Shown one piece after another: positions 26,040 through 36,300 of a stretch of DNA of 64,000 nucleotides. Origin of the DNA: Marsupella aquatica (Eukaryota; Plantae; Marchantiophyta); contig OZ316898.1 in NCBI GenBank assembly GCA_973895155.1, positions 7,303,079 through 7,367,078 on the forward strand, in the 5' to 3' direction. The stretch's first letter is position 1, and each line of letters opens with the position of its first letter. The notes beneath the pieces were generated by a model, which saw only the letters and a program-made list of their open reading frames with translations, did no database searches and was not told where the DNA came from. Both the position numbers and the translations under genes were made by a program.

Positions 26040-29000
26040 CTCACTCTTTCTAAATTTTAAAGCAAGCTTAGCGGGAATCGATGGATGAGGTACGGCTGGC
26101 ATCAAACTAATTCAAATGTTCTGGCTCGAGCGATGCACTTGGTTAGATTCATTTGCAAACTCTTAGTACAGTGCGCTAACGTACTAGTTACATGATGAAC
26201 TGACGACTAGAGAGATCATCCGACCTAACAATAGAAGGCGTCATTTGAATGTTGGTTCTTTGATAAGCTATGATAAGCACTGCATTATGTCAGCCAAACT
26301 TTGCAAGGTACTAACAATTGAGTGGCTTCAGGTGCTTTGGTGCAGCATGCGGCCAATATCCGGTTTCTGTACGTACTGTTGATTATAACTAGTAAGGCTC
26401 ATGGACGGTCTTCTCAGGAATTCTCCTCTTCACGGATCCAAACAAACGTTCGATCGACAGTAGCTTGCGAGAAGTCTGTGAATTGGAGAGGCCAAGCTTG
26501 TGAAAGGTGGATTCTAGCTCGGGTGGTCGGGAGGCGACTAACCTAAAGTTGTGTTCAATGTGAACCAATTCGAACCAACATGCTATGGCCTACTTCATTT
26601 ACCATCTGTAGTGATAACTTAGTTCTCTGGTTTGAAAGTAGTGACCAGTACGTATTGTAAGATATGCACTTTCCCAGATGGTGGGCTTGTAGGACAATGG
26701 TACATGTTCAGGGAAAAAGTCGCAGTCCGCGTCTCCTAACTATTCAAAGGCAAAACTATCGAAATCAATTATTTGGGTATTGATGAATTCCGGCTTGAGT
26801 TTTTGTGACCGATGATGGCACGGATGGCTTCACTCGCGTTCTTGTCAACTCAAGGAATTGTGTCCATTCAATCAAGACAAGGGATTGTGAAGCACTATTA
26901 GTCTTTCGCGTACGTTCTCTCACTGCACACACATTAATCAACATGTTTATTGAATACCTCAATTTCTGCCTATTAACTCGTTCCATGAAATGAATGTTGA
27001 CAAATTTGCACGACGAGACCGACTTGGAATACATTATGCTTTTGTACATGATTATCTGACACGAAAGTATTCGTTGCGATCTAAGCGACTCAGTTGAACT
27101 ACTAGACCGAAGAAACAAGTCTATCATTTTCTGGAAAAACAATCATTCCGGATACTTGGCCTGGGAAATCATTGATCCACCGATGAAACAATCTGTCCTG
27201 TTAAAACACTATCAGGCAAGGCTCAGATGAGATGACTGTCTTGCAAAACTTTGCAGAAACTCTAGAATCCTTGGTCCCTGTTCAGAAATCATCCATGTTT
27301 TGGGCTTCATGCTATGTACCCAGGAACTTCAAAAATTTCCAGAAACCTACGCTCTTGTAATTATCATCTCTGAAGTAGATCCATTGCATCACTCAGAAGC
27401 GTATTGCGATTCAGACAATAACTCAAGTAAAATCTTGCCCTCTGTTTTTGGCTTTTAGGTCATCCATTACTAAAACATTGTATCCCATTCTACTACCATT
27501 TAGTTTTGAAAATCTCTCAAAGTCCCTTAAAATTTCACATCACAAAATTTTCTTTAAAGATTGAAAAACAATGACAGGTACAAAACTGCTTAGTATATAA
27601 TTGGGGCAATTGTACAAATTTATGATGAAAAAATGGCGTATCTTAGAGAAGCTGTGTCTATGCGATCCATAAATTTACACCGCTGACCAGACGTGTACTG
27701 CCAGTTTGGCTACGCATCTGGCAGAGGTGCTCATCTCCAACCTTGAAATCGAGTCTTCATCACAGTAACAGAGAATCCAGGAGATCCGCCCGACTTTTTA
27801 GTCTACTGCGGTCAACTTCTGGGTCAATTGAGGTTACTTTGAAAGCTAGCTGAACTATCTTAAGTACATAAAACTACTATAAAGTAAATTAACGCAGACT
27901 TTGCAACTAGATTCTCGCTGCAGAAAAACATATCCTTGATTTCGTTCGTAACGGTTACATCTCGTCTTTACAACGTATGATTGTAATATAAATTACATAC
28001 GACCTCATCTAGCCCGCGGTTCAGATGGACTACATGTCCCTTACAATTTAGTAGCTCGGATCCTTGCTATTGTACACAGTGAGTTCTTTCCTCCCGATTC
28101 GCGAATCTCACGAATAAAGAACTCAAATCCCCGCGAAAAATATTCATATCTTGTTTGCTTTTGATCGATACCCAACTCGAAGCAATGTCTGACAAAATTC
28201 TGATACCTGCATATCTGAACTCCATGTCACGGCAAGCAAATTGTGTGGAATAAGACGCATTCAATACCTTTGAAAGCAACGACGTAAGGTAGATACGTAC
28301 TGGATCACACTTGCACTACAATCTCTGCAAACTAATTTTGAGCTAGTCTCAGCGAGGGTGGCTGGTACGTGTCCCCTAGCGAACTGACATCCTGGCCCTG
28401 CAAATTTTACACGATTTCAAACGTTTGACATAAATATTTCATGTTCCATTAATTATTTGTAACATGTCTGCATGTCGCTGGAGAGATGAACCCTGGATTA
28501 ATCGTTTCCTTGATCGAGGGCTACTTTGATCTGCAGCTCCGATCTACAGGTGCGACAGCATAGTTCGTAGACTAATGGTCCTGGTGGCCGCCAAGCCCAC
28601 GCGCGTCCCTTGTCTATTCTTACAAGCAACATCTGGCCAGTTTCACTTGTCGAGAGAGATTGATCTTCTGTTCCCCAGGTTCTAAGAAATTGAACGGTAC
28701 GTGCAAAATTGTCAATCGGCCAGAATTTGTCCGCTTCTCTAAATCCGGTCATCTGAATTGAGTAGATCATTACCGTCCAATTTGGATCACTGATAGACAC
28801 ACAAGTGTAGTTAGTGAGCGGTTGAAGTCTTAGACGTTTACTAGCTTTTCTGGATGATAGTTGTTGTGAGGTATGGGCCTCCCCATTTTGACTTCAATTC
28901 TCACCACGCGCACCACCCTCAATTCTGCACGGGTTTGTAGCGCATCGGGTTGTAAAATGCTCGACTTTGGGCCGTACGTGAACTTGCAGGTAGAAATCAT

Positions 29001-29682
29001 TATGTCATTCTATATATCTGAATCGCTTCATGTACAAGCCAGCTCTTACTACACTCTTCGTTCATCTCGTGCTCGTTTGCGCTTTAGCTTGCATTATTAA
29101 CAAGGGCCCTCATGCCCAAAAAGTCTTCGTTATGCGACCACGCGATGCTGAAAGTGTTTCTCCCAAGCTTGAACGCACTTGCAGTCCCGCAGTAGCTCGA
29201 TCTACACTTGCGTGCAAAAGTGCATTCAGAGAAGAACATGAGAAAGTGCGTGCAAAAGCTGGAGGACCACTAGTCCACTCATACATAGTTGCCCCTGTCG
29301 ACTACGGACAGAAAAAGCTCTCGCTCCTGGGTTTTTCTTTGCATTGTGGGGAGTATCCACATGTGTGCTGATTTTGTTACACTGGTTCCGTGTGGATTCA
29401 CGCAAACTACGATTCATGTTTCATTGACAAAAGGGTCTTGTACGTGTCGTTGAAATTTACAGCACCCCTTGCTTACTTGTTTTCAAAGAGTGATTTTCGT
29501 TTGTGCTAGTGGAAAACGTGCAGTTGCATATATGGAAAGAAACTACATTGCGAGCGGGCCTAGCTCGGCGGAGGCCGGTACCGTAGTAAGTGCCGTAGGT
29601 TTCCAGCAATTGTTGGACTCTAAACTTGTCCAGTGTCCTGAGGGAGTACCTAGAAGTTGCAGTTCCCTGGCTGCATGAGACC

Positions 29683-29689
29683 TATATAA
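29683..29689 (+). promoter_or_regulatory. TATA box upstream of Cys-motif gene C
   Basis: CCTATATAAG about 250 bp upstream of ATG 29939. Confidence 0.55.
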
Positions 29690-29938
29690 GCACAAGTTGT
29701 TTGATAAGCTCGATCACACATTAGTACTGTGTTGAACTGTGCCAGCTCCTCTCCAGTTTACATTTTCTTCAATTTTTGACTAGCTTTTCTATCAGAGGAA
29801 AGGTTGCAAGTGCGAAGCCCGATCCGAGTGCTCATCAAGGCACGCCGTTCCCCCAAACTCACAGCGCCCAGACTTGCCCAATTCAATTCGCAGCTCGCTA
29901 AGTCCCTCTGTGTCGGATCTTAGCCTCAGTCTACAGAA

Positions 29939-30856
29939 ATGGACTGTTGGGTGGGAGATAAACGTCCTTCAACGGAATGTCTTATTGGACACGGGCGTCG
30001 CCCAAAGTGCTATATCTGTGGAGACACCGATTGCGTGTGAGTTTTAGACACTTCGATAGTAGACCTTCAATTTGATACCTGTAGAACGGATAGTGTTTCT
30101 TCTGCTGACTTGTGTGGGATAGACTTATTACTCAGAAGTGCGAGTTGCTCATAGCCCAATTGCACTGCGCCGTGCATTAGATGAGACTATGAATTTCAAA
30201 GATCTTATTATGTCCTATACGTTTGCAGCTGTCCGCAGCCGGAGCACAACGACCACTTAAGGAAATTGGCACAGTGTGTAGGAGATGAGCCTCCTCCAGG
30301 GTGTCCCATTTGTGGAGACACCGATTGTGTGTGAGTTCCTTCACGAGCTTAGATCAGAGCCTGCGACCTGTGCATTCCGTGTTGTATCAAAATACTCCTT
30401 GAGTGACGGTCCTGCTTTCATCCAATATTTTTACGAATTTGATATCTTGTATGCAGCTGTCCATCGTCCGAGCACACAAGATTGCGTAGGGAAACGGCGA
30501 TCCGATGGATGACAAAAGAGCCGCGTCCAAATTGTCCCGTTTGTGATGATACGGACTGTGTGTGAGTTCAATGTCACTGACAACGGAGCGACAAATTTGA
30601 TATATTTTCAAATACTTGATATATATATGCATATATAATTACGGTCTTGCTTCTCCTCACATGTCTTGCGTACGTATTAGACAGATATATTTAACAGTTA
30701 AGTCTTTCACTTTAAAAGCATGCGGGATTGCAAATGCAGATTTCCGTTGTTATGTAGTTTTTGAGCACCCAGCCCCTAATTAAAGTTCGGTATGTATGCA
30801 GCTGTCCTCCGTTTGAAGATGACGGATTCTTCAGGGAAATGGCCCGTTTCATATAA
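29939..30856 (+). CDS. Three-repeat Cys-motif protein, paralog C, 119 aa; exons 29939-30036, 30229-30330, 30457-30561, 30802-30856: MDCWVGDKRPSTECLIGHGRRPKCYICGDTDCVCPQPEHNDHLRKLAQCVGDEPPPGCPICGDTDCVCPSSEHTRLRRETAIRWMTKEPRPNCPVCDDTDCVCPPFEDDGFFREMARFI
   Basis: Three identical GT|GTGAGT donors and three TGCAG|CTGTCC acceptors give a 360-nt open spliced frame. Differences within the motif are largely synonymous, while the introns show no evident similarity. Predicted 3'UTR intron 30881-31109. Confidence 0.88.
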
Positions 30857-31936
30857 ATTGAACAATCTCCTTTAGAGGAGGTACGTTCAGATCAATGCTA
30901 ATTCTGTTTCAACGTTCGACTCGATATGTTTGATTCCTTTGCAATCCACTGTGTAGCGAGTGGAGAAACTAGTTAGTACGACCCGAATTGAACCCTACAT
31001 CATTATTTCTCTAGATGTTTTAAGAGGGCGTCATGCATGCAGCTCAGACGAATTAGAGAATTTGTTCATTCACAATGTTACTAATTCTGGAATGTCTGTC
31101 TGGTTGCAGGAATTGAGCTGCTTGCAAGGATTCTATGCAGGGGTTCTTCATTTTTTTGCCGACAGGCATGCAAAAAAATAAAGCAGGCTTTTCCATGGTT
31201 TTCGTCGACACATATTCCCTTCACACGAGGGACGTCAAACTTCTGTCCTACATGAATATTGCGAAAAGTCTGTAAACTTGGCTTTTTATCTACGGGGTTT
31301 ATTTTGTGGGTGCTTTCGGCGGGCACTCACATGTGTTTTAGCCAACACCATACGAGTAGTCCTCCGAATTTATTCTAGTAGAATGTAGTATATACTCTGT
31401 ACATTCCTCGATATGGGGATTAGGTCTACCACGTATTCTACTCTCGCTGTTTTCTGAGATGTTGGAACAAAGTAGACAAGCTAGTACTTAGCACCAGACG
31501 TGCTATCTACCATATATACAGGGCTTGAAACTGAAGACTAAATGCTTTACTTAGTTTTCTAATATGTGATGACATGTACTGTCTTCAATTCGTTTGTAAT
31601 GCTGCGTTTTAACAACACAATATCTCGTATTTCGTTGTTTGCTTTCTGTGAGACGGATCGAGTATGACATTGAATTGTACTTATCCACTGGGACTAAATT
31701 AGTCTGTGACGCGTCATGATGCATCTTCCCCTAATTGTCAGTGAACGTTTCGAGACGGGATTCAGTCCTTAACACGTGTAGCCCGGCCACACCGCAACTG
31801 GGAGTCAAAGAGTGGCTGAAGAGAGACTCGGTGCTTCCAGTCATGAGCAGGCCCAACTTCTGCCCAATTGAGCGACAGTGGCTGGATTGACTAGCTAGAA
31901 TATTTGCTTAGAAATCAAAATCGGCTTTTCTTCTTG

Positions 31937-32041
31937 AGTGGTGACGCTTGTCAAACAAGCAAACCAAAACACGGTTCGTTTTTCTTGCTCAGTGGTGACG
32001 CTTGTCAAACAAGCAAACCAAAACACGGTTCATTTTTCTTG
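31937..32041. repeat. ~53-bp tandem duplication
   Basis: AGTGGTGACGCTTGTCAAACAAGCAAACCAAAACACGGTTC…TTTTTCTTG x2. Confidence 0.85.
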
Positions 32042-32353
32042 TGTGTCTTGTCTGGCTCGATGTTCGTGCGCATCATGGCTTAGAATGCATGCTGGCGCCA
32101 CATTCTAGAAAACCACTCTCCCTTGATTCCCAGCTGAAATTGCACACTTTCGCATTAGTAATTAAGTTCCTACAACAATACAAACTTCGGTCTACATTTA
32201 TTGAGAAACCCTCAAGGCTCTCATAAAACCGCACTTATGAGTGACACTTTCATGAAGTCAATGTAATGATGAAGACTTTAGTAACAAAGCCATACGAAGT
32301 TCGCATCACTAGGTCGGTTCGATCGTTCACGTATAAAATTCGTTTGAGTTTTT

Positions 32354-32688
32354 ATACGCAACCTTTAACATCTCAAATGATGCAAAGCACAAGCTGAGCG
32401 TTACTGGAATTGAATCCTTGGTTTACTGTGCTATAAACGAGGCTATATATTGAATCTCCGTAATTTCTGGGTCTACTGTGTTTACCCTGCGACATTATTT
32501 ATGCTTCTGGGATATTTCAATACGCAACCTTTAACATCTCAAATGATGCAAAGCACAAGCTGAGCGTTACTGGAATTGAATCCTTGGTTTACTGTCCTAT
32601 AAACGAGGCTATATATATTGAATCTCCGTCATTTCTGGGTCTACTGTGTTTGCCCTGCGACAGTTTTGAAGCTTCCGGGATATTTCAA
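32354..32688. repeat. ~166-bp tandem duplication
   Basis: ATACGCAACCTTTAACATCTCAAATGATGC…GGATATTTCAA x2 with few differences. Confidence 0.9.
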
Positions 32689-34559
32689 GAAATTCTCACA
32701 TGCAATGACTTTGCTAGTGTTTTTTTAAATTTGATCAAAGTTACTGCTAGCACTGGTTTCATTTTAGTCAGGACATCTTGAACTCTTACTCTTAAGTTGC
32801 CTGATGAGGTTTCGACACCGGATTATATATGGGGAGAATCATTGGAGATATGATTTGAGGTAGGGGCGAACTAATAGGTTGTCCAGCCGGGAGAGGAGTG
32901 ACTGATTTCGGATTTTAGGCAGATATCCCAGAAAGCAAGAGCAAGACTAACAAACGGGCTAACAAAGCAACACATTTGAACAAAGGAGTAATAAAGGAGA
33001 CAGGACTATGAGAAATAAAACTCGGGATAAAACTACGATAAACCATTTCACAATGCCCATTCTCTATTAGGTAGTAATCATGTACCAGTAAAAGATCATG
33101 AAGATCATCCCTTCGCACCGGGTGACGATGTGTTGCGTTTATGTTCTCAAGTTCCTGAATCTCCTTGCAAATTACCCTTGCCTGATGTGGACGTCATGTG
33201 CACTGTCAAAATCTGAAGTACTAGCAGTCTCAGATCTAGCATCTTCTGAGAAGATGTTGTCACCGATGAATGGCCTCGGAGAATTCGGCCAAGCTTTCAA
33301 ATAAGGTCGATCTAATTTTCACCGTTCCTTCAGACTCACGATCAACCAATACACCGCTAGGGACAAATGGGCCATGCATGAGGGTCAGGACAACTAGATT
33401 ACGATCTCCTTTTGTCTGCAAATCAATTTTTTATTTTATGAGCAACATATATTGGAAACCTTGCCACTTGTATGCCAGACTGTACCACTTGCCTATGCCA
33501 GATTAATTAGTCTCACCACATCTTGTAAAAACTGTCCAACTTACTGAAGGGCGGTGGGTACGTGAATTACTCTATGCTAATTACGAAGTCTACATAGGCA
33601 ATGTATTGCTGTTGTCGTCCAGAAAACATTAATTATATAGATCAGTGATAATTGAATACAAAAGAAGTAAGTGCAGTTACTCGTTCGGAGATATTGGTGA
33701 CGTTTACCAAATGATGGACTCCGCGTACAATTCTAGACCAAGGGTAGTTGAGGAATACCTCAATGTTAGCTGTGTGTAGAGATTATGCAAGAAGTGCGGT
33801 GGCAGAGAAGCTGTCGAATTGATCTTCGTTCGATTGATGGGCTCAGTTGCCGTCTGATTGCTCATATGATCGACTTCCAAATCAAGCAAAGTGTCGCTCA
33901 AGTGAGATGTCAGTCATTCAGCGATGTGATCTCACTCGTTTGGAAGCTAATACATACTTTCCGTTTGAAGCTACAATTCTATTATACAGTCGCGAGAAAT
34001 AACTGGCGCAAGGGGTCAGTGCCTCAAATTTTGGCTTACGTTTTCACCCGCAGTTGCCGTGCAATTCAGTTGCTAAGTTCTTCATCATGTCTCGGTTGAC
34101 ATTCTCATCCAATTCCCCCATCTCGAGCGATTACTATGCAACTACTCAGTGCTTCAATCTTGTCTCGGTACATGCTCATCACTCGACTCGAACTCACAAG
34201 AAATTATCAGAAATATGCGGCTCTCATCAATTATGTGCATCACACGCGAAAAAGTACAACTACCCAGCAGGAAAGTAATTGGGTCAGCACCTACGTGTGA
34301 GCCATCCCCTAAACCTAGTGTTCGCCCAAGTTGCATTTTAGATTTTGCGCGCAATTGCCCAGTAATCGATCGCAACTCTCTGGCGTACATAAAATCAAGC
34401 GTGCCTTCATCGTCACTTGCGATCATTCTGTTGCCTCGGAGGGCCAATATTTAATTAGTTTGCAATTTTGGGGAGTCCATTGACAGAAAGCGTCTCTAAT
34501 CATCGTCAAGATCACATTCCTGGTAGCTGCTTTTAACCCACAAACACACTATTGCGTAC

Positions 34560-35590
34560 TTGGGGCTAACCGAGGACAGATCTTAGCACTTCTCGCTCCA
34601 ACCTGCGCGCAGCCACGTACGTCCGTGAGTTCAGCGACCAATCTCAATTTCCAGCCGGAAACCTCTTCCTCGCACCGACGCTAGCTACAAGTAGCTGGCC
34701 GCTGAGGTAGCAGTCGACCGGGATTTGGGAGTTAGGACGACCGTTTTTCACGCGGAGCGAGCTCGCCAGTCCCGAGAGTGGACACCTGCGTGCGGTTCAG
34801 GAAGGCCTAGCGTCAACATGATCCATTAAAGCTTGCGAGTCTTGCCCAATTTGTTGTTCACTTGGATAAAGCCCAACGCGCGCCCCGCTCCATACTCTTT
34901 CGTGAATCCAACGACCTTAACTTGCCTGCAGGAAAGGAGCCTTCGCCGAACTGTCCTTTCTAAGGTGCGTATATCTGTTGTGTGTAGGTTCATTTTCGCA
35001 TCCAATCCACTCTGTCGAAAATTGACCATTTCCAAAATGAGCAATAAATTCTAGAAATGCATATCATACCAGTTCTTCTTCATCTCAATTTTGCCCGTGC
35101 TCGGTCTTATATACCAGGCTGTGATCAAGGGACCTAGCCATGGAACTGCTTCCTTGTCATTGATTCCAAATTCGATTCTGGTTGCTCGGCAGATGTCCGC
35201 GGAGAAAAGCTTGGTTTTCTGCGCGGACTGGTATTGTACCAAGCGCTTCGGATAATTTTTTGAACGACCCAGTCAATTAGGCTCAAAAGTGTAGGCTCTT
35301 TGAAGTGCGCTAGTACCTTCCTCTCACTAAATATTAGTTCCACCACAGCTATCGCCCGAGCTATCGGTGCCTCGGAACTAATTGATGACTGAGCTGATTA
35401 AAGATTTAAAGATTCTGAATGTATCATTCACAATTCTTACTTGATTCAAGTCTGTATCTACTAATTCAAAGGGCAGCCTGTGCTTGTCTTGAAGATTTCT
35501 AAGCAATCCTTTCGTAACTAAAGATATATGCGGCCATCTCTTCTGTACGTTCATGGATACCAGGGACATGTTGTAACATGCAAACACTTA
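34560..35590 (-). pseudogene. Decayed intronless coding sequence of unknown family
   Basis: Chain of abutting minus-strand ORFs (35378-35587, 35134-35346, 35051-35242, 34826-35044). The last two are in the same frame, separated by one stop. Protein-like composition continues to ~34565. Confidence 0.35.
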
Positions 35591-35774
35591 GTCCTCGATG
35601 AAATGATGTTGAATATTTATGTGCTTAGAGCCCTCATGGGTGTTTGCTATTAAACAGCCAGGACAGTTATAATTGCACTCTTCAGAAAAGCTCTGTGGTT
35701 TCCTCTGCAAAACCAGTTATACCTTGCAGTAGTCTTCCAAGCCAAATTACTCCCGTACTGGCTTTGGCACTCAC

Positions 35775-35964
35775 TCAACACATTGACAAACGAGAAATGT
35801 GACCAGCCACACTTCTTCTTTTTTGGCCTTCAAAACCAAAATCAAGCAAGCCCATCCAAGAGAGGATAGCTCAACACATTGTCAAACGAGAAATGTGACC
35901 AGCCACACTTCTTCTTTTTTGGCCTTCAAAACCAAAAGCAAGGAAGCCCATCCAAGAGAGGATA
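35775..35964. repeat. ~95-bp tandem duplication
   Basis: CTCAACACATTG.CAAACGAGAAATGTGACCAGCC…CCAAGAGAGGATAG x2. Confidence 0.9.
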
Positions 35965-36059
35965 GACTGTCTACTTTGGAGCATGCATTTCTATGTAAGT
36001 AGCCACAAGGGGATAATACTCAGGGATCCTACAGGGACCAGACCACAGGGAGAGAGAGG

Positions 36060-36300
36060 ATTAAAACCAAAATCCAAAATGGACAACCAGAGCTGAGGAA
36101 ATAATCAATATTCCCACCACTACACCCCACCTACACACATACACCCCTTGCATGTGGATGGAGGATTGAACCTGGGACTTCTCGGTTCTAGGTTCATCAC
36201 ACATACACCCCTTGCATGTGGAAGGAGGATTGAACCTGGGACTTCTCGGTTTTAGGCTCATCCTCTGGCCAACTGACCAAAGCCAGTTGGTTACTGGCCA
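36060..36300 (-). mobile_element. tRNA-derived SINE-like element with an internal ~63-bp duplication
   Basis: On the minus strand an A-box-like TGGTCAGTTGG is followed by B-box GGTTCAATCC, present twice because of the duplication. No intact cloverleaf. Confidence 0.5.

Noticed and set aside
34855-34920. VVGFTKEYGAGRALGFIQV as a cold-shock-domain RNP1-like motif
   Set aside because: Only loose resemblance, and the downstream (V/I)FVH RNP2 motif is absent.
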